NCBI GenBank assembly: GCA_003353795.1
Contig: PIVY01000002.1
Span: 12,552-76,551, forward strand
Origin: a bacterium
Lineage (GTDB): Bacteria > Krumholzibacteriota > Krumholzibacteriia > LZORAL124-64-63
DNA length: 64,000 nt
Direction: 5' to 3'
Shown: positions 55,074 through 63,503 of the stretch, one piece after another
Position numbering within the stretch: the stretch's first letter is position 1
Layout: each line of letters starts with the position of its first letter
Program-made: the position numbers and the translations under genes
Notes under the pieces: model-generated
Told to the model about the DNA's origin: nothing
Seen by the model: the letters and a program-made list of their open reading frames with translations, nothing else
Databases searched by the model: none

Positions 55074-55476
55074 GGCCAGCCAGTGGGAAGCCGGGCGGCG
55101 GTCATCCGACCTGCCCCGCGATCTTGTAGAGTACAAAGGTCGAGCACCCCGTCCTGCCGCGCAGTGCCTCGAGCCGCACCTCATCGAGCTGAATCCGGCA
55201 CCGGCGCACGGACTGCAGTTTCCGCCAATTGGGGGCGTCATTGTTGCGGAGCCAGGCCGTTCGGGCTCCGATTCCAGCCTGTGAATCGAAGGCACACTGG
55301 GCAGGGCGCGCACTCGTCGGCAAGCCTGGTCGGCGTCATCCGGTTCATTATGTAACTCATATAACAACAAAGTTTTGCGGTTGCCGTGGGACGTGTCGTT
55401 CACGATGGCACGACCGCTGCTTTGCCGGCTGGTGAAGCAACGGTTCCTCAACCATCGACTCTGTGGAGGCAACACC

Positions 55477-56160
55477 ATGCAATCCTTCGTCGCAGAATTC
55501 TTCCGCTCCGGCGGCCCCCTCATGTGGGTCATCCTGGCGGTCCTCGCGGCGGCCGCCGCAGTCATCGTCGAGCGACTGCACTTCTACCTGGTGGTCTGCC
55601 GCGACGACGCCGACCACCTCGCTACCGGCGCCATCCGCCGGCTCAACGGCGGCGACTTCAAGGGTGCTCTCGCCCAGGTCAGCGGCCGCCGCAGCCCGGC
55701 GGCCGCGATCCTCGGCCAGGCCGTCTCGCGCTTCAATGCCGGCCACTCGCTCACCGAGGTCCGCCACGGTGTCGAGGAAGTGGCCATCCGCGCGGTGCCG
55801 CTCTACGGACGGCGCGTGGGCTACCTTGCCATGCTCGCCAACATCGCCACGTTGACCGGTCTGCTGGGCACCATCTTCGGGTTGCAGAAGAGCTTCAGTT
55901 CGCTGGCCATGGTGGAGGCGGCGGAGAAGGCGTCGGTGCTGGCCGGCGGCATCAGTCAGGCCATGAACACCACCGCCTTCGGCCTCATCGTGGCCATCCC
56001 CTGCCTGGTGGCCTACACCCGGCTGTCCAGCCTGCAGTCGCGCAAGACCGAGGAGTGCGACGCCGCGGCCGTGAAGCTGCTCAACTACCTGGAGGCCCGT
56101 CAGGACGCCGACGATGTCGAGACCGAGACCGTGCGCTCCCTGCAGCGCGCGGCGGTGTGA
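55477..56160 (+). CDS. exbB: MotA/TolQ/ExbB proton-channel protein
   Basis: Trimmed to ATG 55477 (GTGGAGG upstream). Contains LANIATLTGLLGTIFGL and GGISQAMNTTAFGLIVAIP. Confidence 0.9.
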   Translation: MQSFVAEFFRSGGPLMWVILAVLAAAAAVIVERLHFYLVVCRDDADHLATGAIRRLNGGDFKGALAQVSGRRSPAAAILGQAVSRFNAGHSLTEVRHGVEEVAIRAVPLYGRRVGYLAMLANIATLTGLLGTIFGLQKSFSSLAMVEAAEKASVLAGGISQAMNTTAFGLIVAIPCLVAYTRLSSLQSRKTEECDAAAVKLLNYLEARQDADDVETETVRSLQRAAV

Positions 56161-56165
56161 TCACC

Positions 56166-56672
56166 ATGAGCGCGCGCCAGGCATCGATCCTCTCGCGGCG
56201 GCCGACCGCACTCGGTGATTCCGTCGAGATCGACGTGACCCCCATCATGAACATGTTCATCATCCTGATCCCCTTCCTGGTGAGCATGGCGGTGTTCACC
56301 CACCTCGCGACGCACACGTTCAGCCTGCCCGCCGAGGATGGTCCGAGCCAGGCCCGCACCGCCGACGAGGTGCCGCTGACGGTGGCCGTCACTTCCAGTG
56401 CCGTGGCCGTGGTCTGGGGTGACGTGGAGGTGGCGCGCTTCGTCGTGGCCGCCGACGGCTCTTTCGACACGGTCGCCCTCGAGACCGTGCTGGCTGCCGA
56501 GCGCACGCGCCGCCCCGAAGTGGACCAGGTGGTGGTCGCCGTGGACGACGGCGTGATCTGCGCCGATGTGGTGCGCTGCCTTGATCATTGCAAGGCCGCC
56601 GGATACCGGGACGTGGGGCTGGCTGCCGGCGCCAATCTCGGCTCTTCGCAGGACCCGGAGGTGACGCCGTGA
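56166..56672 (+). CDS. exbD: Biopolymer transport protein ExbD/TolR (copy 1)
   Basis: ATG 56166. IDVTPIMNMFIILIPFLVSM is the TM, followed by the periplasmic ExbD fold. It lies in the frame of track ORF 55386-56672. Confidence 0.85.
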   Translation: MSARQASILSRRPTALGDSVEIDVTPIMNMFIILIPFLVSMAVFTHLATHTFSLPAEDGPSQARTADEVPLTVAVTSSAVAVVWGDVEVARFVVAADGSFDTVALETVLAAERTRRPEVDQVVVAVDDGVICADVVRCLDHCKAAGYRDVGLAAGANLGSSQDPEVTP

Positions 56673-57133
56673 TCGCCGCCCGCAACGCCCTGCCGCGTTC
56701 CCGGCCGAAGACCAACGGTATTGCGCGGCCTCAGCTCACCTCGCTGGTCGACATGATGGTCATCCTGCTGGTGTTCCTGCTGAAGAGCTTCTCGGTGGAG
56801 GGCCAGCTCGTCACGCCGTCGCCCGATCTGCACCTGCCCGAGTCCGCCGCCACGACGCCGGTGGAGTCGGCGTTGAGCCTGGAAGTGACCACCGGCGGCA
56901 TCGTGCTCGACGGTCGCCACGTGGCCGACCTGCCCACGGCGAGCACCGACAGCCTGCTCATCGCGCCGCTCGCCAGCGCGCTGCGCGACCTCGGGCCCGG
57001 TGGCGAAGGCCAGGCGCTCTCCATCCAGTGCGACCGTCGCGTGGACTTCGCCGTGCTCAAGCGGGTGCTCTTCACCTGCGACCGCACCGGACACGACGAC
57101 CTGTCGCTGCTGGTGATCCGGGAGGATGCGTGA
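56669..57133 (+). CDS. exbD: Biopolymer transport protein ExbD/TolR (copy 2)
   Basis: GTG 56669 overlaps the copy 1 stop (GTGA). Contains QLTSLVDMMVILLVFLL. Confidence 0.85.
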   Translation: MIAARNALPRSRPKTNGIARPQLTSLVDMMVILLVFLLKSFSVEGQLVTPSPDLHLPESAATTPVESALSLEVTTGGIVLDGRHVADLPTASTDSLLIAPLASALRDLGPGGEGQALSIQCDRRVDFAVLKRVLFTCDRTGHDDLSLLVIREDA

Positions 57134-57936
57134 TGTCGGCCCATGCGAGCAAGCTCGCCGTCTACGCCCAGCCGGCCGCCCGCCACGGCCGCGGCGGATT
57201 CCTCTCCGGCAGCCTCGGCACGAGCCTGCTGATCTTCGGGGGTCTCGGTCTGTTGCTACTGGCCGTGGACCTGCCCGAGGTGGTCCGCAGTCCCCAGCGG
57301 GTCGCCCATCGCATCGCTTTCCACGCGCCGACGCCGGCACCGGCGCCGGTTCCCGACATCAAGCCGGTAGTGGCCGAGATCGTTCCGGATACCCGGCTCG
57401 CGCAACCCATCGACCGACCGGCAACCGTGCCGGTGATCGAAACGCCCGTGGTGGCTGCACCGGATCCCGAGCCGGTGCCCACCGCGCCGGCGCCTCGTCG
57501 CGTCTATGGCGTGCGCAAGGTCATGGCCCGCGGCCTCGGCAGCGGCAGCGGCGCCGGGTCGGTGGGCCTGGTGACCAGGCGCGGCAACGTGCTCGACGGC
57601 GTGGCCGACACTCTCACCGCCACCGCCGGCGACCTGCGCGGCGATCTGGCCGCCCTCAGCACCGTGGAGCGCGCGCCCGAGCCCGTGCACCAGGTGAAGC
57701 CGCGCTACAGCGAGGCGCTCATCGCCGCCCGCGCCGGCGGCGTGGTCACCGCCAAGCTACTCGTCGACGCCGAAGGATCGGTGGCCGACGTCGTGGTGCT
57801 CGAGCACATCGGCCACGATTCGGCCCAGCTCGCCGCCGACGCCTTCCGGCAATTCCGCTTTCACCCCGCACTGCGTCACGGTGAGGCCGTGGCGGTGTGG
57901 ATCGTCTATCGCATGCGTTTCGAGTTCCAGAAGTGA
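57133..57936 (+). CDS. tonB: Energy transducer TonB
   Basis: ATG 57133 overlaps the exbD stop (TGATG). Order is an N-terminal TM, a Pro-rich spacer (PTPAPAPVPDIKP..PDPEPVPTAPAP), then the TonB-C domain KPRYSEALIAARAGGVVTAKLLVDAEGSVADVVVLE...FRFHPALRHGEAV. Confidence 0.85.
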   Translation: MSAHASKLAVYAQPAARHGRGGFLSGSLGTSLLIFGGLGLLLLAVDLPEVVRSPQRVAHRIAFHAPTPAPAPVPDIKPVVAEIVPDTRLAQPIDRPATVPVIETPVVAAPDPEPVPTAPAPRRVYGVRKVMARGLGSGSGAGSVGLVTRRGNVLDGVADTLTATAGDLRGDLAALSTVERAPEPVHQVKPRYSEALIAARAGGVVTAKLLVDAEGSVADVVVLEHIGHDSAQLAADAFRQFRFHPALRHGEAVAVWIVYRMRFEFQK

Positions 57937-57944
57937 GCCAGAAC

Positions 57945-60599
57945 ATGATGCTTCGCACCCTGATCCCCGTCGTGCTCCTGCTGGCCCTGCCTGCCATGGC
58001 GACCGCGCAGGACGATGCTCCCGAGATCCTCGAACCCGACGTGGCTCCCACGCTGAGCCACTTCGCCGAGGCCGTCTATCCACCGGTCGCCCTGCGCGAG
58101 GGACGCGAAGGCGCCGTGTTGCTGGAGATGCTGGTCCTGGAGACCGGCCGGGTCGACTCGGTGATCGTGGTCGACGGCCTCGCGCCTGACCTCGACGCCG
58201 CCGCCGCGGCCGCCGTCGCAGAGTTCGTCTTCACGCCGGCCGAGGCCGGCGGCGAGCCCGTACCCGTCTGGGTGCAGTTCGAGTACGTCTTCTCCATCAG
58301 CGAGCAGACCCGATTCATCGCCGAGTACGTCAACGTCCGTGGCCGGCTGCGCGAGATGGGCACTCGGGTGCCGCTGGCAGGCGCCATGGTGGTTGCCGCG
58401 TTTCCGGATTCGTTGGCGCGCCCGGCGCTGGACGTTCCCTGGGACGCGTACCTCGACCGCATCGGACACTTCGCCGGCCAGTACCTGGAGGAGGGCCGGC
58501 TCGTCGCCTTCACTGACGATGACGGGCGCTTCTCGTTCAAATCGCTGCCGCCCGGCGAGGTCGTGTTCTCCTTTCCCAACGCCGGCTACGAGGCTTTCCA
58601 GGAGACCGTCCTGATCGCGGCGGAAGAACTCGTGGAGGTGGATTCCTGGGCCCGCCGCAGCGCCTACAACGAGTACGAGGTCGTGGTCTACGGCCGCGGC
58701 GAGGAAACCGAAGTCTCGCGGCAGACCCTGTCGGTGACCGAGGTCGAGCGCATCGCCGGCTTCGGCGGTGACGTCATCAAGAGCATCCAGGCCCTGCCCG
58801 GCGTGGCTCGGCCCACCATGGAAAATCCCGCGGCCATCGTGATCCGCGGCAGCGGCAACTACGACACCCGCTTCTTCCTGGACGGCATCGACATCCCGTT
58901 GCTCTTCCACTACGGCGGCCTCAAGTCCACCTACAACTCGCTGTCACTGGGTAGCGTCGACATGTATCCCGGCGGCTTCGGCACCTCGTTCGGCAACGCC
59001 ATCGGCGGTGTGGTGGAGCTCAAGGGTCGGCCCGGTCGCAAGGATCGCTGGCGCACCGTGCTCGACGCCAGCATGCTCGACGCCAGCTTCCATACCGAGG
59101 GGCCCCTGGGCGACAAATTCTCCCTCACCCTCAGCGCCCGCCGCAGCTTCATCGGCGAAGTCATGGACGCCGCACTCTCGGGCAACGACGATTTCAACAT
59201 GGCCATGGCGCCCTACTACTGGGACGCGATCGGCCGGCTCGACTACGACCCGGCACCGGGCCACCACCTCTTCGCCACGGCCTTCGCGGTGAAGGACAAG
59301 ATGTCCATGGTGGTGGCCGACGCGCAGGAGGGCAGCGCCTCGGTCAACGCGGCCACCGACGAGGTCGCCATGGACATTCGCTTCAGCCGCTACATCCTCG
59401 GCTACGACGCGCGGCTGGGCGAGCGTGTCCAGAATACATTCCGCGCCGCCTACGGCCGTCAAAGCGAATCCGGCCACGTGTTCGGCCACTTCGACTGGGA
59501 GGGCGGGGGACCCTTGTGGCAGCTGCGCGACGAGCTGTCGGTGTCGTGGAATCCCTGGCTGGCCACCGTGGTGGGCGGCGAGTGGATCCGCACGCCGTAC
59601 ACCTATTCGGTGGCCGCCGAGGGCTGGCGTCGCAGCACCGTGGAGCAGACGTTCGGGCTGCAGGGCGTCTGGGCCAATCTCGAGCTGCGCCCCACCAAGA
59701 ATCTTCTGCTCATCCCGGGCGTCCGCTACGACTACTACGACCACCTCGACAAGGACGAGGTGTCCTACCGGTCGAGCGCCCGCTGGCGCTATCATCCCGA
59801 CCGCTCCTTCACCGCGTCCTACGGAACCTACAACCAGATGCCCGCTCCCTCCGGCCAGTCCACCGATCCGGTCTTCGGCAATCCCGACCTGCCGCCCACG
59901 CTGGCCCGCCACGCGACCCTGGGCCACGAGTGGCGCATCAACGACCGCCTCTCGCTCAAGGTGGAGGGCTACCACAACACCCAGGAACTGATCCCGTCGG
60001 AGACCGACAGCCTTGGCCTGAACTTCGCGCCCGACACCGACGCCCGCATGTACGGCTTCGAGTTCATGCTCCGCCACGAACCCAGCGAGCGTTTCTTCGG
60101 CTGGATCAGCTACAGCCTCGGTCGTAGCGAGCGCCAGTACTCGCGCCGACCCAGCACCTCGGTGACCGAGTGGGATCCGGCGGACTGGATCCTCTTCGAG
60201 ATGGACCAGACTCACCACGTCGAGGCCGTGGGCTCGTGGAACCTGGGACGGAACTGGAGCTTCGGCACCCGCATCCAGTACGTCAGCGGCGTGCCCGTGA
60301 CCCCGCTGCTCAGCTATTCCTCGGGTCTCTTCGAGTTCGACGCCGACTCCGGCGAGTACATCGAGGTGGGCGGCGAGTACCTGTCCGACCGTATGGAGCC
60401 GTACTTCCGCACCGACCTGCGTCTCGACAAGAAGTGGATCAACAAGCGCACCATCTGGACGGCGTATCTCGATCTGCAGAACGCGAACTACTTCGTCCAC
60501 AACAGCCCCGAGGGCTTCACCTACAACTACGATTACTCGGAGCGCGAGGAGTACGGCTGGATCTTCATGCCGTCTCTCGGGCTGCGCGTGGAATTCTAG
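57945..60599 (+). CDS. TonB-dependent receptor with an N-terminal TonB-C-like domain and a carboxypeptidase-regulatory-like domain
   Basis: ATG 57945, with signal peptide ..LLLALPAMATAQ. Residues ~35-115, AVYPPVALREGREGAVLLEMLVLETGRVDSVIVVDG..LDAAAAAAVAEFVFTPAEAGGEPV, are TonB_C-like. RGRLREMGTRVPLAGAMV is CarboxypepD_reg-like. The TonB-box-like element is YEVVVYG. The plug is DVIKSIQALPGV...IVIRGS. A long barrel ends in the OMP signature LGLRVEF. Confidence 0.88.
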   Translation: MMLRTLIPVVLLLALPAMATAQDDAPEILEPDVAPTLSHFAEAVYPPVALREGREGAVLLEMLVLETGRVDSVIVVDGLAPDLDAAAAAAVAEFVFTPAEAGGEPVPVWVQFEYVFSISEQTRFIAEYVNVRGRLREMGTRVPLAGAMVVAAFPDSLARPALDVPWDAYLDRIGHFAGQYLEEGRLVAFTDDDGRFSFKSLPPGEVVFSFPNAGYEAFQETVLIAAEELVEVDSWARRSAYNEYEVVVYGRGEETEVSRQTLSVTEVERIAGFGGDVIKSIQALPGVARPTMENPAAIVIRGSGNYDTRFFLDGIDIPLLFHYGGLKSTYNSLSLGSVDMYPGGFGTSFGNAIGGVVELKGRPGRKDRWRTVLDASMLDASFHTEGPLGDKFSLTLSARRSFIGEVMDAALSGNDDFNMAMAPYYWDAIGRLDYDPAPGHHLFATAFAVKDKMSMVVADAQEGSASVNAATDEVAMDIRFSRYILGYDARLGERVQNTFRAAYGRQSESGHVFGHFDWEGGGPLWQLRDELSVSWNPWLATVVGGEWIRTPYTYSVAAEGWRRSTVEQTFGLQGVWANLELRPTKNLLLIPGVRYDYYDHLDKDEVSYRSSARWRYHPDRSFTASYGTYNQMPAPSGQSTDPVFGNPDLPPTLARHATLGHEWRINDRLSLKVEGYHNTQELIPSETDSLGLNFAPDTDARMYGFEFMLRHEPSERFFGWISYSLGRSERQYSRRPSTSVTEWDPADWILFEMDQTHHVEAVGSWNLGRNWSFGTRIQYVSGVPVTPLLSYSSGLFEFDADSGEYIEVGGEYLSDRMEPYFRTDLRLDKKWINKRTIWTAYLDLQNANYFVHNSPEGFTYNYDYSEREEYGWIFMPSLGLRVEF

Positions 60600-60611
60600 G
60601 AGGCGCGAGCC

Positions 60612-61769
60612 ATGAAGACCCTGCTGACCGCGATCCTGCTCGTGTCCGCATTGCTGACCGGCTGCGGCGACGGCTTCCCCGGCCAGGAGATGAGCCTGGG
60701 CACCGAGGACAAGACCCGGCCCTACGCCGTCACCGTCGAGCCGCCCGAGGTGGCGCCCGGCGACACCGTGACCGTGCGCCTGCGGTACCAGGCGGCGCGA
60801 CCCAGCGACGTCGTGTCCACGTGGCGCGTGGCCCTCGACTACGCCACCGGTCCCTACGAGGCCGACGAGATCGAGCGTAGGCTGGTGCCGCTGCCCGACG
60901 TGGCGCCGCCGGTGGTCGACCAGTTCGGATTCATGACCCAGGTCTTCCAGTACGCGGTGCCCGATTCGGTGCCGCTGTGGTCGACCGCCATTGCCGACGT
61001 GATCACGGACCCGTCCATGCTCTACATCCTCGACCTCCTGGAGCCCGACGGCGTCGGCGAGCCGCCGCACAAGACCGAGGTGGACGCCTGGTTGCGCGGC
61101 CTCACTCCCGACGACCTCGCCGCCATGAACCCGCTCGAACGCACGGCCACCCAGCGCCTGGCCGACCTCTTCAGCTGCTCCATCCGGTTCCGCGTCACCC
61201 TTGACGCCAACACGTCGGTGGACGTGACCCGCAACCTCACCGTGCGGTACAGCAGTCGGCTGGGCAGCGACAACGTCAACGTCAACGCCGAGATTACGCG
61301 GTTCGAGATCGGCGTGATCCCGGCGCCCGACGTGGACATCTCCGATCTCGAGGAGTGGGAGGACCGGATCGTGTGGTACGCCTTTGATGGTACGTCGGAG
61401 AACGGCCTGCCCGAGGCGCGGGTGCCCAACGAGCCGGGTAATACCTACCTCGTAAGCGTGCGACAGGATCCGCAGCTATACACGTCGCCGTTCGAACTGG
61501 ACCAGACGCTCGAGGAGCAAGGTGACTACCGCTGGTACTTCCTGCGCCTCGACGCGCCCGAATCCGGCCACGATCTCTACGTGGACGAGGAGGGTGAGCC
61601 CACCGAGATGTTCATGCTGGACGAGGATGTCCGGATGCTGCTGCCGGGAGGCGACTCGAACTTCCGGCTGCTGTCGGTGGTGTACGACAAGCGGCCCGAG
61701 TGGATCCAGTACGCGGCCGTGCCCGGGGCTACCGTGACGGTGGGGGAGGTGGTGTTCGAGGCGCCCTGA
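60612..61769 (+). CDS. Hypothetical lipoprotein downstream of the TonB-dependent receptor
   Basis: TAGGAGG lies upstream. The lipobox is SALLTGC. There is no recognisable domain. It starts 12 nt after the receptor stop. Confidence 0.65.
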   Translation: MKTLLTAILLVSALLTGCGDGFPGQEMSLGTEDKTRPYAVTVEPPEVAPGDTVTVRLRYQAARPSDVVSTWRVALDYATGPYEADEIERRLVPLPDVAPPVVDQFGFMTQVFQYAVPDSVPLWSTAIADVITDPSMLYILDLLEPDGVGEPPHKTEVDAWLRGLTPDDLAAMNPLERTATQRLADLFSCSIRFRVTLDANTSVDVTRNLTVRYSSRLGSDNVNVNAEITRFEIGVIPAPDVDISDLEEWEDRIVWYAFDGTSENGLPEARVPNEPGNTYLVSVRQDPQLYTSPFELDQTLEEQGDYRWYFLRLDAPESGHDLYVDEEGEPTEMFMLDEDVRMLLPGGDSNFRLLSVVYDKRPEWIQYAAVPGATVTVGEVVFEAP

Positions 61770-61796
61770 TTCCGGACGCCCCGATGATGTTCGGAA

Positions 61797-61824
61797 AGAG
61801 CCCCCGCCGGTCGGCGGGGGCTCT
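61797..61824. terminator. Perfect 12-bp hairpin between convergent genes
   Basis: AGAGCCCCCGCC / GGTC / GGCGGGGGCTCT. TTTCC follows on the minus strand and TCGTG on the plus strand. Confidence 0.65.
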
Positions 61825-61846
61825 TCGTGCAATCGTCGGTCGCGGA

Positions 61847-63118
61847 TCAGTGGGCGATCTCGTAGCAGACGACCGCTGGCAACGCGGGCTCGCCGTCCTC
61901 GCCGCCGTAGGTGCTGCCGTCGCCGAACTGGGCGGCCAGGGATTCGAAGTAGCTCTCGATCACCAGGATGCGATCCGGTCCGGCCAGGACGATGCCCACC
62001 TCGCTGGCCCGGTGCGGCGCCTTCAGCGCCACCTGCTCGGCAAACTCGCCGCTCGGCTCGAACACGTCGTACACGGCCATCACGCCGGGCGCGTCGGGTC
62101 GCGCGCCACGGCCGCTGAGGACCCAGAGGCGTCCGTCGACAGCCACCTGGATGCCGCGGGCCAGGCTCATGACGGCGGCCTCCTGACGCTCCACCTCGAT
62201 GCGGACCTCCATGGGCATCCCGGTCATCGCCGTCTCGATCATGCCGTAGAGCGCCCGATACTCGCGATCGGTCCGTTGCAGCGGCTCGTAGTCCCGTTCG
62301 ATGACCCGGCTCACCGAGCCGTCCGGCGCGTGGACCGTGATTGCGTAGCGGTCGCGGTCGTGGACCGTGTAGACCGAGCCGTCGGCGCCGGCGGCGAAGC
62401 AGAACCAGAACGGGGGCAGGTGCTCGCGCTCATCGAAGACGAAGTCGTTGAAATCGTACTGGGAAAGGGCGCTCACGAAATGGGCCTTCAGCGTGCTGTC
62501 GGAGTCGTAGCTCTCGAGAAAGTTGTCGCGAAGACTGATACCCGGGCCGCCGTCGCTCTGGTGGGTTCCCGAGAGCACGACCCGATCGCCGGCGCCCTGG
62601 CAGGCGGTGAGACTGTGGGCGCCGCCGTCGGTGCCGCCGACCCTCAGACGCCCGGCCGGCAAGCCCTCGCCGTCGACCATCACCACCATGCCGGGAAACT
62701 CCTGGATCAGCCCCACGCGACCGTCGTCGAGCAACAGCATGTCGCGCGGCCGCCGTACCTCGCCCGGTCCCTCGCCCTCGCGGAACAGGGTGCGCACCAG
62801 CTCGCCGTCGGTGTCGTAGACGGAGACCTGGCAGAGCTGAGAGTCGAGGACGTAGGCATGGCCGCTAGCGTCGGCGGCGACGCGGGGGATGAGCCCGAAG
62901 AAAGCATCGTCGTCCTCGCCGCCCACGCGCCAGACTTCACGCAACTCCACGGTGCGCAGGCCGTCGCGGGATTCGGCGCCGTTGCGGACGTGGGGGACGC
63001 CGTCGATGATCGTCGTCTCGGCGGCCCTGGTAGGCTCGACGAGGCCGATGATTACGAGGTGGATGAGCAGCAGTCCGGCGAGCCATGCCGTCAACTGGGC
63101 GGAGACGCGGGGATTCAT
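61847..63118 (-). CDS. Hypothetical N-terminally anchored/secreted protein, probably a 6-bladed beta-propeller (NHL-like)
   Basis: ATG 63118 follows AGAGAGGA. The N-terminus is hydrophobic (LTAWLAGLLLIHLVIIGLV). Strand-rich periodic motifs recur (..VYDTDGELV.., ..VYTVHDRDRYAITVHAPDGSV.., ..VYDVFEPSGEF..). Confidence 0.55.
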   Translation of the reverse strand: MNPRVSAQLTAWLAGLLLIHLVIIGLVEPTRAAETTIIDGVPHVRNGAESRDGLRTVELREVWRVGGEDDDAFFGLIPRVAADASGHAYVLDSQLCQVSVYDTDGELVRTLFREGEGPGEVRRPRDMLLLDDGRVGLIQEFPGMVVMVDGEGLPAGRLRVGGTDGGAHSLTACQGAGDRVVLSGTHQSDGGPGISLRDNFLESYDSDSTLKAHFVSALSQYDFNDFVFDEREHLPPFWFCFAAGADGSVYTVHDRDRYAITVHAPDGSVSRVIERDYEPLQRTDREYRALYGMIETAMTGMPMEVRIEVERQEAAVMSLARGIQVAVDGRLWVLSGRGARPDAPGVMAVYDVFEPSGEFAEQVALKAPHRASEVGIVLAGPDRILVIESYFESLAAQFGDGSTYGGEDGEPALPAVVCYEIAH

Positions 63119-63188
63119 GGTGGGTCCTCTCTGCGGTCGGTCGGTGATGGAACATCACCGAGACGCACCGCCGCCATACCGGGTTGCA

Positions 63189-63503
63189 TCAGGTGAGGAG
63201 ACTGAGCAGCCAGAGCGCCGCCATCCCCGCCGCGAGCGTGGCGAAGATGCTCCGAGTGCGTACGGCGGTCACCGTCGCCAGCACTGCGGCCACGGGCCGA
63301 ATCCAGCTTGCCCAGTCCGCGGCTCCCGCGCCGGTGTCCGGCACCACCGCCGGCACGACCAGCGCCGCCAGCACCGCCGCCGGCACGAGCCGGAGGATCC
63401 GTTGCACGAGCAGCGGTACGTCTCCACGCACCAGGGCCAGGAACGAGAGCCGCAGCAAGAAGGTGCCGGCGCCGGCGACCAGCATGAGAGACCAGGGGGT
63501 CAT
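63189..63503 (-). CDS. azlD: AzlD-family small membrane protein (branched-chain amino-acid export accessory)
   Basis: Trimmed to ATG 63503 (MTPWSLMLVAGAGTFLLRLSF..). It is 104 aa with 3-4 TM. ATGA overlap with the azlC stop. Confidence 0.75.
   Translation of the reverse strand: MTPWSLMLVAGAGTFLLRLSFLALVRGDVPLLVQRILRLVPAAVLAALVVPAVVPDTGAGAADWASWIRPVAAVLATVTAVRTRSIFATLAAGMAALWLLSLLT

Noticed and set aside
55085-55130. Possible cobalamin riboswitch upstream of the TonB/receptor operon (GGGAAGCCGG ... GACCTGCC ... CCCGCGATCTTGT)
   Set aside because: There is only a superficial resemblance to the GGGAA..GGTG..CCCGCCACTGT core. I could not find a convincing B12 box (AGYCMGGAGACCKGCC-like) or the P1-P6 helices. 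The element would sit ~350 nt from exbB with an antisense ORF in between. A cmscan against the cobalamin model would settle it.
58944-61070. 708-aa minus-strand ORF over the TonB-dependent receptor and lipoprotein genes
   Set aside because: It is antisense to two genes with strong family or lipobox evidence, has Arg/Gly/Ala/His-rich composition and no motifs. The same reasoning applies to 28503-30749(+), 8306-10087(+), 3589-5163(+), 24375-25922(-), 42046-43536(-), 51803-53527(-), 17684-19063(-), 16130-17509(-), 26040-27323(+) and 30758-32425(+).
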